From: Squalus acanthias
Lineage: Eukaryota
Direction of reading: 5' to 3'
NCBI GenBank assembly: GCA_030390025.1
Contig: CM059432.1
Location: 84,942,001-85,006,000 of the forward strand
Length of the DNA: 64,000 nt
Each line of letters starts with the position of its first letter. Within the stretch, counting starts at the first letter, position 1. The notes below the pieces were generated by a model. That model had not been told where the DNA came from. It ran no database searches and was given only the letters and a program-made list of their open reading frames with translations. The position numbers and the translations under genes are program-made. Shown piece by piece: positions 26,701-40,600 of this stretch.

Positions 26701-27021
26701 AGACAATAAGCAGGTGTAGAAGATATGGCTGTCATCACCAGATCACCCTGCAAGCCAATTTCCTAATGAGTAGGGTGATTCTGGCTGGATTAGTAGCAGG
26801 AAGTTTACCGGTGCTCTTTGTGTAGTTTTAGCTGATTAAGCTTCAGCAATATCCCTGCGCAAACTTGATTAGCAAGAAGCTAATCATTGCCTCTGTCAAC
26901 CTGCACCTAAACTCTCTGGGATTAGATTATTTGGGTATGCATTTATGAGGATAGAGTGTACACTGTATATTGGGCTAGCAGAATCTCTACCTGTGTAAAT
27001 TACTCAGCAGCTTAATTTGGA

Positions 27022-28335
27022 GCCCTAGAAATTCGTAGTGTTTGCACTGGCCGTTAAGGCCCGTTTCAGCAAAAAAAAAGGCCGCCTTACTTCCGCCCAC
27101 TGCCGGCGGGTCCCGTGGTAGCCGCCATCTTTGGCTGGACAACAGTGCTTGCCAGCAATATGCAGATTGGAAGTCTCCAGCCTGGAAATCTTGGGGTCCA
27201 AGCTTTGCACAAAGTCCCTTCCAATGTTGGAGCCGGACTCCTCCATACTCCTTGACATTGCCAAGAGGCTCTCTGCAGGCTTACCATTGCACCTAGCAAT
27301 TTGGTGTGTATGCCCATCATCCTTCTTCTGAAGGCCGCCCCATCGAGGTCCTCACCTGAGTCCTGTGCAGCAGAACTTACATGCGAACTCGCCCTTCGGG
27401 GAGCTGGTCCCCAAGCTACCCTTTCCCCCTGGACTTGCTGCAGCCCACTCATGCCCAGTGCCTCACCATGTGCAGATCCTGCATCTATACCACCCTCTAA
27501 ATTCCGTGCAGTGCCAGTTTCTGAGCTGGTGTCTGTGAGTGTCAGATGCAGTGACGGTCTGCCTTCTTCTTCTCCTTCACTCTCCTCCATTGCTTCGGGA
27601 ACAGGCTGTGCGACTGGCAGATCTTGGTCATCTGAAAGCAGAAAGATACAAGAGTTGGGTTGTGGTGAGGGGAGGGGGAAAAGCAAGCTATCCATGCATA
27701 CAGCATCAGCAGCTTGTAAGTGAGAAGAGATTGCGGGATGAAGGGGAAGTGGGATGTGAGAAGAAGGATTAGGAATGAGCATACCGTTGTTGTCCCCAAG
27801 GGATCGGTTGTCACGGCCTGGATCCATGTTCTGGGGACCACACTGTTGTACCCAGATATCTCTTGCCAGAGCCTTCTCGCTATATGGGCTGATGGTTTCC
27901 TGTCAGTCTGCGGGAAGAGGACAGCCCAGCTCCTCTGCACAGCCACCTCTAGTGCCTCCAGAGACGCATCTGAGAACCTTCGGGCTCTTTCTCTCTGCTG
28001 GTGCTCAGCCATGCCTTCCAACTTCAGGTGTGAATCCAATTCGAGCTTCAACTACAATGACAATGAGGTGCTGCTGCATCAAAGCATCTCTCCATTAAGT
28101 AGTGGAGAAAGCCTAGGCCAAATATTACTTGCAATTAGACTGCACCCGATATTGGCCCACTTGCTGAGCGGATGCCAGTCAGCAGCACGTTTAGCACTGA
28201 GATCAGCACTATAACCGTGTAAATGAGCACTCAGCACGAATTTTGCGTGCTACCTGGACCACTTTGATCCAGTGCAGCTAAATAGCACTGGGCCATGACA
28301 CCGCCCGTTTTCAGGCCATATCCAATTTCTGGGCC
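27022..28335 (-). mobile_element. Myb-only Harbinger deletion derivative
   Basis: TIR GCCCTAGAAATT / AATTTCTGGGCC, TSD gga; MAEHQQRERARRFSDASLEAL..VVPRTWIQ; no transposase sequence seen. Confidence 0.85.
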
Positions 28336-28538
28336 GGAGACTTTTAAATATGGAGATGAGTTTCCGTGTGTGTCAGATACCCAGCTGATCAAACAAAATG
28401 ACTGAGTGCACAAAACCCAAAATTGCCACTTTCAACTTCAGAGACATGAAGGCCCTCAAATCAAAACAACTCAGAATGCATGAGAGAAGCCTTCATATAA
28501 AATATAGCAATAAATCTAACTACTATGTGTTAGATAAT

Positions 28539-29302
28539 GGGCCAGAAATTCAGCTTTCAGGCTTCCTGCGGGTGCCAGCATCGCGTGTGTACTTACCTAC
28601 CGCGCCTGCAGTTGTGCTTTGGGCCCACGAGGACGTCGGGTCCTGGGCCTCCTCCAGCTGCCGGCGCGCAGTGTTTGTGTATCCCAGGGGCGCAGTTAGT
28701 TTGAAGCGTCCCCTGGGATCACGTGGGCCATGGAGAGCCAATCCTAGCAGGGCATTTTCATTCATAGATTTGACTGGAAGACCTGTCAAATCTATGAATA
28801 GAGATCGGCCCCAAAACTACACTTAAACTTCAAATAAATTTTAAAAAAACATCACATTTTTAAAATAACTATAAGTTAAATCAATTAACTACTTTAAACA
28901 AAAATTTAAATTTTTGAAAAAATTAATTATACTTTGTAACGGTGCTAAAAATAAACTTACCTTTCTTTAAAGTATCTAAAAAAGATAAACCTGTTGAAAA
29001 ATGTTTTAAATTGTAATTAATTAACCACTTACCTTGTTAAAAACAGGCCTTGCGCCTCCTTTTTAAAAGTGCAGCTTCTTCATACTTACCATCCCGGAGA
29101 AACCTGAAAAAAAAATCGAAGTTCGCTGCGTGCGCGCAGCCTCTCCCGCGCACGCGTTCGACTTCTGAACCCCTCCCTTCAGGGGAACGGAAGTTCCGGT
29201 TTCCCGCGCATGCGCAGTGCATGCAGGAAACCGGCACTTCAGGTGGCCTTACGGGTGAGTACACAGCGCGTACTCACCCGACAACAGCCGAATTTCTGGC
29301 CC
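28539..29302 (-). mobile_element. Harbinger-type MITE, copy 2 (inverted relative to 13866-14618)
   Basis: TIR GGGCCAGAAATTC / GAATTTCTGGCCC, TSD aat. Confidence 0.9.
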
Positions 29303-29398
29303 AATAAATTTGCATGCTATTTTTAAAAAAACTGGGTTGGAGTGCAGCTCATGAGTTTTTTTTCCAACAATCCTTACCAACTATGAATGTATCCTTGA

Positions 29399-32300
29399 GG
29401 GGAATTTTAACCTGGAGGAGCGCGTGGGTTTGGGTCCGGGCGGGGGGTTAAAACCAGCAAAAATGTTAATGCGTCGGGAAGCCGGCTCCAACTCGCTAAC
29501 TTCCGCATTTAACTGAAGCGTGTTCGGCTGCTTGCGTGCAGCCCCCTCGGGAGAGGCAGGTTGCCTATTAACAAATGTTAATCGCTCAATTAGAGCGATA
29601 TTTCAACTGACTTTTAAATTTACTGACACATTCACATGTTTCCCTGGCTTCCTGAAACTCGCCAGTGAAAGCAAGGCGACAACACAGCGGCAATTTAGGG
29701 GGCTGAATCAATCTCATGGAAATAATCCAATAAATACTCAGTACTCACAGCTGCTTTCTAACCTGCTAGTGGGAAAGGGTTTGTTGACAGTACTTTTGCT
29801 GAGAGGTTACTTTCTACACTTTGGAGGCTTTCTCAATCACATCAGGATGGGTGGCGCTTTAGCTGCCTTAGATTGGACCTCGGACGAGGACCAATATGAC
29901 CAGCAGCAGCCTGCTGTTCAGAGACCTGCAGCTGGACAGCAGAGAGGGCAGCAGCAGAGAGGGCAGCTCGCAGGATGCACTGCACGCGACACAGGATTAC
30001 AAGCAGAGGCTAAGTTTCCTTGAAATGTCTGAACAGTAGTGTTTCAGGGGGCTCAGGTTGCTGCCTCTTAGAAGAAGAGCTGCTGAACCTGGTGGCCATG
30101 TGTTACCAGTGGTTATCAAAGTCACCACCGCCCTCAACTTTTTTGCCTCCAGATCCTTCCAGGGCACTGCTGGAGGCATATCCAGGATCTCCCACAGTCG
30201 GTAGCCCATAAATGCATAAGACAGGTGACTGATGGCTTGTTTGCCAGGGCCAGCAATTATGTCAAGTTCGCCTGCAATGACGCCAGTCAGAATGAGTGGG
30301 CACTCGGTTTTGCATCTCCGGCTGCCTTCCCACAGGTGCAGGGCGTCATCGACTGCAGACACGTGCCAATCCGGGCATCTCCAGATCAACCAGGAGTATT
30401 CATCAACTGCAGGGGCTTCCACCCCATCAATGTGCAGCTGGCATGCAACCACTAAAAGATATTTCTGCAGATGTGCACAAGATTCCCGGGCAGCTGCTAT
30501 GATGCTTTAGTCCTGTGGCAGTCCAGGCTCCCTAGCGTCTTCGCAGCTGCAAGCACACTTAAGGGGTGGCTGCTAGGAAACAAAGGATACCCACTTCAAA
30601 CTTGGATGATGACACCCATCAGAAACCCAATCAATGAAGCCCAACAGCACTACAATGAATGCCATATGGCCCCCAGATGTGTGATCGAACAACCCATCGA
30701 CATGCTGGAGTAGCGTTTCAGGTGCCTTGACAAATCTGGAGGCACCCTTCAGTACGCACCAGCCAGGGTCTCCCGAATGTTCGTGGTGTGCTGCTGTCTG
30801 CACAACGTTGTGCAGCAGCGAGGTTTGGACCTGCAGGAAGAACTAGGCGCAGAGCTCAGAGCCTCTTTGGACGATTCCAAGAAGGAGGAGGAAGAGGAGG
30901 AGGAAAGTGATGAGGGCAGCGCACCATCAGGTGCTCTCATTGCTGCCCGGGATGCCACGGATTAACTTATTAATGCAAGGTTCACTTAGGTTGCACCAGT
31001 GGACCCATGTACATGCAACGGCCACTTTTCCTGCCCCTGCCCCCATCCCCCCCCACCCCATGCCACTGACACAAAACAGTCCTGCAAACAGCCAACAACC
31101 CCTTACACATCCCCCCATTCGTCCCCATCAATTCATGCCTTTCCAATCATCATCAAACAACTTGCCACCCTGCAACCAAGAATGAGCAAGATGGGAAAGT
31201 AGTGCAAAAGAAGAATATTTATGGGCTTTTAACAATCAACAGAAACTTAACACCATTATATTTTATCATACACCTATGTGCATATCCTTGTACAACTACA
31301 AAGCTTTTCTCTTCCTTTCCTACTACTCTTACATGGTGCAACCCCTGTGGCTTGGGCAGAGGTAGAGGCAGACTGCACACATCCCTGCGCTAACAGTAGA
31401 GGTCCTCTTGGGCAACATAGTGGTTAGCACTGTTGCCTCACAGCGCCAGGGACCCGGGTTCGAATCCGGCCTCGGGTGACTGTCTGTGTGGAGTTTGCAC
31501 ATTCTCCCCGTGTCTGCGTGGGTTTCCTCCGGGTGCTCCGGTTTCCTCCCACAGTCCAAAGATGTGCGGGTTAGGTTGATTTGGCTATGATAAATTGACC
31601 CTTAGTGTTAGGGAGATTAAGTACGTGGGGTTACGGGGATAGGGTGGGATATGTGTCGGTGCAGGCTCGATGGGCCGAAATGGCCTCTATCTGTACTGTG
31701 GGGATTCTGTGATTCTGTGATTCTTGGCCGACAACCTCTAGGTTACGGAGCCCGTGAGGGCACCGACAAAGATTGCTCCACCTGCTCCTGTGCAGGGGCA
31801 GAGTCGGCCATCGGGAGATGAGGCAACATTTCGGCTACTGACAGAAGTGGTGGTGGGGCGGGGTGCCTAGGGTGAAAAGTGGAAGGGCTTTGAGTGGAGT
31901 CACAGGTTCTATGTCCCCTTTGCCATCATCCCTCTAATGGGCCAGCTGCACTTCACTCCTACCACTCTGCTGGAGAGCACATTGGTGTAGATCAGTGCAG
32001 TCCAGTAAGGCCAAGGCTAGGGCATCTGTCATCCTATTTAAGGTGGTATCCGGAGTGTGCACGGCCTTGGTCAAGGCAAACATTTGATTGCAACATTTGA
32101 TGTTCTATGGAGCTGACCACTCTATCCATGGAAGAACACATCATCGCAATGCCCTGCAACATCAACTCACTCAGGCTTGAGCTGGACTCCTCCATTCTCT
32201 CTGCAATTGGGATCAGTATGCTTGTAAGGCCTGTCAGAGCATCGCACGTTCTCTGCGGCTGCTCAATGATTCTTCTTCATCGACGGCCCTGTATCTGTAT

Positions 32301-33691
32301 CCAGCTGAGCAGCGCTTGGAGAGGGCTGTGCCCTCCGACGCTGATTCTCCACTGCTGTGCCTGACACCACCATCTGCTCTAGCTCACTTGTGCAGTGAGT
32401 CACCAGGTAAAAACCAAACTATCTGTCTAAGTGGTCCCACCGAAGTGCTAGCTGGTACATGACAAGCATGAGTCCTGTGACGGTGCACCCTCAGAAGAAT
32501 TCAGCTTCTCTGAGGAATCGTCATCAGCGACCTCCACCGATTGCTGCTGCACGTGTGAAGGCCCTGTCAGAGATAAAAGACATGAATCAGTACTGACAAG
32601 GTAAGCATGTTGCAACTTATATTATGAAGTTGATCATATTTCACTCGCTGTTGAAATCTACTCAACATGACTGAATGTTGTATGACATGCAGGTCGCTGA
32701 TATTTAATTGTGTCACCAGGTAGCTGGGAGGTCTCAATCTCGCCATCTCTGATGCCCAGGGATGCTGAAACTCCACTGATTTCCATTGCCTCTTCCTCTG
32801 CACTTGTGAGCTGGGAAATGTGTGGAGGCCCACCTCTGGTTCTCTCCCTCTCCCTAGTGTTCTGAGCTCTCTTCTTCTGCAACGAGGTAAAGTACAGACC
32901 TATGAGTGAATGTAATGACATGTGTTCACCCAATGGATGGAGTGCATTTGGTGAGGAGTATCAGGGAGAGGCATGAAATTGCATATAAGAATGAGGGTGA
33001 CTGGCATTGGTAGATAGATAGATAGGGATGTGAGGAAGTGCATAGAAAGAGAAGGATGGGTGGGTGGGTGTGCAAGGTAAGTGGGTATGAGGAGTGATGT
33101 GATGGAGTCAGCTTGACAAGGCAGAGTGAGGGGTTGGGGTGAAGCGCACAGCAGGGTATGGATGCAACTGTACTCACCTTTCCTGACCTGGTTAGCTCAG
33201 CAAAGCGCATACTGCACTGAATCCATGAGTGTGGCACTACGCTCCTGCTGCTCATCTCCTGGGCCACCTCCAGCCATGTCTTCTTGGTTTCACCAGCAGG
33301 TTTCTTCCTCCAATTGCTGGGGAAAAGTATCTCTTTCTGGCTCCTTACTGACCCCAGCAGCACATCAAGGGAAGCGTCATGGAAACACGACGCAGCCTTT
33401 ACACGTCTCTATTCTATCACTAAACTTCCTCTTCCTTTGTTGCAACCTCCAACTCCTCCAAATTGCAGCTTCGGATTGACCCTTTAAATACTGGAGTTCA
33501 GATTGTGTCATGCGAGTACAGTTGCACCTACATCCCGCTGCAACGCATTGGACGTCAAACCTGAAAGTAAAACGCTAATGAACTGGCTCAGATAAAAAGC
33601 CACTGACTGACGTGCTCAACTTATTTCCGGGTTTCCCGGGAGATTTCGGACTCCACCGCTCCCAACGCATCTCCAAGTAAATATCGGGGCC
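29399..33691. mobile_element. Two-gene Harbinger transposon, decayed
   Basis: Transposase on + at about 29848-30990 (FPQVQGVIDC, GFHPINVQ, WLLGNKGYP, VIEQ); Myb/SANT on - at about 31900-33420; right end AAATATCGGGGCC. Confidence 0.85.
31410..31723 (+). mobile_element. V-SINE (HE1-like, tRNA-derived)
   Basis: Box A tagtggttag, box B GGTTCGAATCC, V-domain gtgtggagtttgcacattctccccgtgtctgcgtgggtttcctccggg, CR1-type tail (gattctgt)n, possible TSD tcttgg. Confidence 0.9.
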
Positions 33692-34653
33692 CTCATCATT
33701 ATGGTTGTCAGTGCTGAAAGAGTTAAATTTAAATTTTCAGTGTAACTGTGTCAGTTTGCAGGATGATCCTCAGGATTAGTTCTTGTTTGCAGTAGGAAGA
33801 GCTCAGTTGCTAATAGCCTTTTATCATAAAATAAATAGACTAGGAAAGAAAGTGTTATCAGAGCTCTGGGTAATTTCCTGTATTGGCCTCCAACAATACT
33901 GTGAATTATTAACTATTCCAGGATTTTAATTAAAGTGTATTTATTCACAACTTAAACTGACATATGTTACCAGACACCTGCTGATCTTAGTTTGGTGCTC
34001 TAGATCCAGAATATAGTGTCAGAAAAAATGTACTAGCACACAACGATCTGTCAATTTTTTTTATAATTTCACTTAAATTTTCAAAAATGTTTCAAAAAAA
34101 TAAATAAGTAATACCACATCAAAGAGTAGCTTCTTCATGAAAAGCCTCTGGCATACTTATTGTTTCCAAACACACAATGTGATAATGTCAGAATTCCTCA
34201 TCACTCAGATCTGGATGACATCACCTCACACAAATGAGGCTCATTGCGCATCTCTCCCTCCCCCAAAAACATTTCCAAACGCTTTGGCATGAAGTTGGTG
34301 TTCCTTTAAAGTACCTTATTCCCAGCAATAAATGTTCATTTTTAGTGAGTATGCTCTGTCATAACTAGGGGTTTTCTTTAGGTGAAGCAGGGTTAGAAGG
34401 TGGAGCATAATTAGACCAGGTTGCACATTTTAAAATCATACAATCTGTGGTCAATTTTATATTTGTATCATAAATTCTTATATCCACATTCACAATGGAA
34501 ACTGCCTATGGCCGGGAATATCCTCAAAACTGGTTCCCCTCAGTTGCCGTATCTTTGCCAGAAGTGTAAATTTATCATGCTATAGTTGCATCTTCCCACC
34601 AGTGGTGGTGCTAAGGTGGCTCCACTTGTGGGAGGGTGTATATAAAGTGTAAC

Positions 34654-37600
34654 GGGCTAAAAATTTGGCTGCGTAGCGCCCTCTCTTTGGGTCAGGAAAT
34701 GGCGTCTGAGCAGCACATGCACATGCACACTTCTGGTGCGGTCCGCGCGGACACCATTTTGGTGATCGTGTTAGCGTTGGCATTGGGCGCGTACCCCAGA
34801 AGTATGCAGAGTACGCAGATCGTGATGTCAATCAGCGTGTAACGCTGACTTGACGCCAGCACTGCCATTTTTGACCTCAACGCTGGAGCTAATGCCCTCT
34901 CTTAACCTTGCACAGCTGAACATGCGTTCAGCAGCAGGAAGGACCCCCCACCAGTGCTATTTAAAGGGATCATCACCTACTTACAGGTTAGTTTCTGATT
35001 GATTTCTACTAGCTGTTGTTGAGTTTGTAGAAGTGTTTGGTGCTTTCTAGATTTCTTTAAAGTTGCCTAAGGTCTACAAGGCCTGGTGTGGCACATGCTC
35101 AAGGACTTAGTACTAACTTGCAAGTGGTCTGTTCAGGCCAGATGCTCCTGGACGGTGCAGTAGTTTGTATCCCCCTTGGGCTGCTGCATTACATAGGATT
35201 ACATAGGATATATGTCACATTATCCACCTGTCCTGCTACCTTCAGGGATCTGTGGACATGCATTCCCAGGTCCCTCTGATCCTTTGCACTTCTCAGTGTC
35301 CTACCATTTATTGTGTATTCCCTTGCCTTGTTAGCCCTCCCCAATTGTATTACCTCACGCTTCTCCAGATTGAATTTAATTTGCCACTGTTTTGCCCACC
35401 TGACCAGTCCATTGATATCTACCTGCAGTCTACAGCTTTCTTCTTCATTATCAACCACACGGCTAATTTTTGTATCATCTGCAAACTTCTTAATCATACT
35501 TCCTACATTCAAGTCCAAATCATTGATATATACCACAAAAGCAAAGGACCCAGTACTGAGCCCTGCAGAACCCCACTGGAAACAGCCTTCCAGTCACAAA
35601 AACATCCTTCGACCATTACCCTTTGTTTCCTGCCTCTGAGCCAATTTTGGATCCAACTTGCCACTTTGCCTTGGATCCCATGGGCTTTTACTTTCATGAT
35701 CAGTCTGCCATGCGGGACCTTATCAAAAGCCTTGCTAAAATCCATATAGACTACATCAAACGCAGTACCCTCATCAATCCTCCTTGTTACCTCCTCAAAA
35801 AATTCAATCAAGTTAGTTAGACACGACCTTCCCTTAACAAACCAATGCTGACTGTCCCTGATTAATCTGTGTCTTTTTAAATGAAGATTTATCCTGTCCC
35901 TCAGAATTCTTTCCAATAATTTTCTCACCACCGAGGTTATGCTGACTGGCCTGTAATTATTCGGTCTATCCCTTTCTCCCTTTTTAAACAACGGTACCAC
36001 GTTAGCAGTCCTCCAGTCCTCCGGCACCACACCTGTAGCCAGAGAGGATTGGAAAATGATGGTCAGAGCCTCTGCTATTTCCTCTCTTACTTCTCTTAAC
36101 AGTCTGGGATACATTTCATCCGGGCCTGGGGATTTATCCACTTTCAAAGATGCTAAACCCCTTAATACTTCCTCTTTCACTATGTTTATTTCATCTAATA
36201 TTTCACACTCCTCCTCCCTGATTGCAATGTCTGCATCGTCCCTCTCTTTTGTGAAAACAGACGCAAAGTATTCATTAAGAACCATACCCATGTCTTCCGC
36301 CTCCATGCACAGGTCACCTTTATGGTCCCTAATAGACCCTACTCTTATTTTAGTTATCCTCTTGCTCTTAATGTATTTATAAAACATCTTTGGGTTTTCC
36401 TTGATTTTACTTGCCAATATTTTTTCATGCCCTCTCTTTGCTTTCCTAATTTCCTTTTTAATTTCATCCCTGCACTTTCTATACTTCTCTAGGGTTTCTG
36501 CAGTATTGAGCCCTCAATATCTGTCATAAGCTTCCCTTTTTTTCTTTATCTACCCTGTATGCCCCTTGACATCCAGGGAGCTCTAGATTTGTTAGTCCCA
36601 CCCTTTTTCTTTAAGGGAACATACTTGCTCTGAACCCTCACTATCTCCTCCTTGAATACCTCCCACTGCTCAGACACTGATTTACCTTTAAGTTTCTGTC
36701 TCCAGTCGACTTTGGCTAAATCACATCTCAGCTTAGTAAAATTAGCTTTTCCCCAATTGAAAACTTTTATTCCTGGTGTTTCCTTGTCCTTTTCCATAAC
36801 TACGCTAAATCTAACTGAATTATGATCACTACCACCAATATGCTCTCCCACTGATACCCTTTCCACCTGCCCAGCTTCATTCCCTAAAACTTAGTCCAGA
36901 ACCACCCCCCTCTCTTGTTGGGCTTGCTACGTACGTGCTAAAAAAGTTCTCCTGAATGCATTTTAAGAATTCTGCTCCCTCTATACCTTTCACACTAATT
37001 TTATCCCAGTTAATACTAGGGAAGTTGAAATCCCCTACTATTACTGCCCTATTTTTGCACGTCTCAGGAATTTCTATCTCCCTCTGACTGTTTGGGGGTC
37101 TATAGTACACTCCCAGCAGTGTGATTGACCCTTTTTGCTTTTCAGTTCAACCCATATGGCCTCGTTGGATGATTTTTCTAAGATATCATCCCTCCTCACA
37201 GCTGTAATTGTTTCTTTAATCAATATTGCGACCCTCCCCTCCTTTTTTATCCCCCTCTCTATCTCGTCTGAAAACCCTGTAACCAGGAATATTGAGCTGC
37301 CATTTCTGCCCTTCTTTCAGCCATGTCTCAGTAATAGCTATAATATCATACTCCCACATGTCTATCTGTGCCCTCAGCTTATCTGCTTTATTCCCTAGAC
37401 TCCTTGCGTTGAAGTATATACCATTTAGCACTGCCAAACTCCCTTGTTGTCTATTTTCCAGGCTTTGTTTCCTCTGCTTTCCAAACTCGCTTACTAATTT
37501 TCTGCCTTCCATTTCCAGCTTTGCTTCTCTCCCTTCTGAATCTACTCTCAGGTTCCCATCCCCCTGCCAAGCTAGTTTAAACCCTCCCCAACAGCACTAG

Positions 37601-40600
37601 CAAACCCCCCCCGCAAGGATATTAGTCCCGGTCCTGTTGAGGTACAACCCGTTTGGCTTGTACAAGTCCCACCTCCCCCAGAAACCGTCCCAATGCCTCA
37701 GGAATCTAAAGCCCTCCCTCCTGCACCATCTGTCTAGCCACGCATTCATCTGCTCTATCCTCCTATTTCTGTACTCACTAGCACGTGGCACTAGTAGTAA
37801 TCCGGAGATTACTACCTTTGAGGTCCTGCTTTTTAATCTCTTTCCAAGCTCCCTAAAATCTGCCTGAAGGACCTCATCCCTCTTTCTACCTATGTCGTTG
37901 GTACCGATATGGACCACGACCTCTGGCTGTTCACCCTCCCCCCTCAGAATGTCCTGCAGCTGCTCAGTGACATCCTTGACCCTGGAACCAGGGAGGCAAT
38001 ATACCATCCTGGAGTCACGTCTGCGGCCACAGAAACGCCTGTCTGCTCCCCTAACTATTGAATCCCTTATGACTATTGCTCTTCCACTCTTCTTCCTCCC
38101 GCCCTGTGCAGCTGAGCCACCAGTGGTGCCTTGGACTTGGCTCTGGCTGCACTCCCTAGAGGAACCATCGCCTCCACCAGTATTCAGAGCTGAAAACTGG
38201 CTAGTGAGCGAGATGCACTCAGGGGATTTCTGCCCTACCTGCCTGGTCCTCCTCTTCTGCCTGGCCTTCACCCATTCCCTCTTTGCCTGCACACTCTTAA
38301 GCTGCGGGGTGACCACCTCCTGAAACGTGCTATCCACGAAGTTCTCAGCCTCGCGGATGCACCGCAGTGACTCCAGCCGCCGCTCAAGCTCTGAAACCCG
38401 GAGCTCGAGCTGCTGTAGCTGGCGACACTTCCTGCACACGTGGTCGTCCAGGGCATGAGAAGCGTCCAGGACTTCCCAGATGGCACAGATGTGCATTCCA
38501 CGGACTGAGCTGTCCTGCCATGCCTTTACTTTATAGACTATCAACTAGAAACACTTACCAGCTACTCACCAATCAGCTCCTTCCCTTGTGCCGACATCAC
38601 TTTTTAATTCTGACGTCACTCTTTCAAATTCTGCCTTTGTTGAATTGCTCCCACTCAGGTCCGCTGCCTCCACTCTCGGGCCTTCCTCTGCTGTGTTGTT
38701 TATTTGCTCCGCCTCAGCTCTCGCTCCCGCTCAGGTCCGCTGCCTCCGTCATGTAAAGGAACCCCTTCTTCCCACACCAGCCCTTTAGCCACGTATTAAT
38801 TCTCCTGATCTGTCTGCTTCTATGCCAATTTGCACGTGGCTCGGGCAATAATCCAGAGATTATTACCCTCGAGCATGACAGGGAGATTAAGCAGAGGCGA
38901 CACAGAGCAGGACAAGCTGGCACAAGAGGCAGGAGGAGGAGGTGGGGGAAAAGGGCTCTCAACAGGAGGCCATATTCACCCAGATCTTCAGGCAGCAATT
39001 CTCCTACCTCAACCTCAGCAATGAACAGTGCATGTGACATCTTGGTTTTATTAAGGAGGTGCTCACTGAAATCTGCCACCTGCTGCAGACAGACCTGCAG
39101 CCTCAGTCCATTGCCAGAGGCTGTAAAGGTGACCGTGGCCTTGAACTTCTTCGCGTCGGGCTCCTCCAGGCTGGAGCAGGCGACATCTGTAACATCTCCC
39201 AGTTCACCGTCCACTCTGTATAAGGGAGGTGAGTGAGGCTCTGTATGCAAAGAGAGCTGAATACATTTCATTCTCTTTTGCCAGAGAGAAGCAGGCGGAG
39301 CGAACACACGGCTTTCAACAGGATAGCAGGCTTCCCATGGTGCAAGGTACCATTGACTGCTTTGTGGGCGCTGCATCTCAATTCGGAGATGTACCTGCAA
39401 CCAAAAGGATTCCGCTCCCTCAATGTCCAGCTGGTGTGCGACCATACTCAGCGCATCATGCAGGTCAATGCTCCATATCCTGGCAGCAGTCATGATGCAG
39501 CATTTTCTGTTGTTATTTCTAGTAATCTGCTGGACTGCTGTGACACCCTGCAAACATCTTTCAACACTGCTAACCGCAGCAATGATGGCAGCAGTCTGTG
39601 CTTGTGTGGCAGCAACCTGAACTTGCATGACTTCAGTCTGAGCTTCCATTGTGACACTCAGACATTGAGTGGCTTCTTCTTGTGCTGCAATGGAAGCTGA
39701 CACATCGGCCATCAGACGCTGCATGATGGTTGGGTCCACAAGTGCACTAATGGATTTGCCCACCCTTTCCACACTGGAAACAATGGGCTCCATGCTCTGT
39801 GCAAAGCCCAGTGCAAGGTTGGAGCTGGACTCCTCCATGCTCCTTGACATTGCATTCAGGTGTTCTCGCAGGCCTACCAATGCACCAAGCATTTAGTTGT
39901 GCATACCCATCAGCGTTGTTCTGTAGCCCACCCCATCGAAGTCCTCATCTGAGTTCCATACACCTGCGCTAACCTTTAGCCCTGCCCTGGCTGCAGACCA
40001 CTCATGCCCGGTGACTCATCACGTTCAGATCCTGCCTCTAAGCTACCCTCTAAAGTCCATGCAGTGCCAGTATCTGAGCTGGTGGCTGTGAGTGTCAGAT
40101 CGAGTGACTGTGTTTCTTCTTCATCATCACTCTCCTCTTTCTCTTCCTCTTTGAGCACTGCCTGGCCAGGTTGGATTTCTTGGGTCTCTGAAATGAGAAG
40201 GCACAAGGGTAGGGTTGTGTTGAGAGGAGTGAGCGGGGTGGAAAGCAAGAGCTGCATGCTGACACCATCTGCAGCTTGTAAGTCAGAAGAAATTGTGGGA
40301 GGAGGGGGAAGTGGGATGTGAGAAGGAGGATTAGGTATGAGCATACCGTCATCTTCAATCATCTCAGCGCTGCCGCTGGTCACGACCTCAGTCACAGCCA
40401 CTCCAATTATGCTGAGCACTGTCTAGTCGAGCGGGGTCAATATATGGAGGTGCGTCTGTCCCCCTCCCGTTTGCCACTGCTCGCAGTGATTGTGAGCCAC
40501 CTTGTCCTGCAAGAGAGAGGAAAGTGTGTCAGTGAGTGTAGTTCAATGTATTTGGCTGATGTGGCTGTCATGGTTGAATAGCTAGCAGTGTGTGCAAGCT

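Noticed and set aside
31410..31475. tRNA gene
   Set aside because: It is the tRNA-derived head of a V-SINE; the same applies to 60670-60735.
19525..33691. One 14-kb transposon bounded by matching GGCCCCGATATT TIRs
   Set aside because: Both ends are the Myb-side end of separate, oppositely oriented copies, and no shared TSD was seen.
38714..39892. 392-aa minus-strand ORF as a novel gene
   Set aside because: It is a chance read-through of the Myb last exon, antisense transposase and a CR1 ORF1 fragment.
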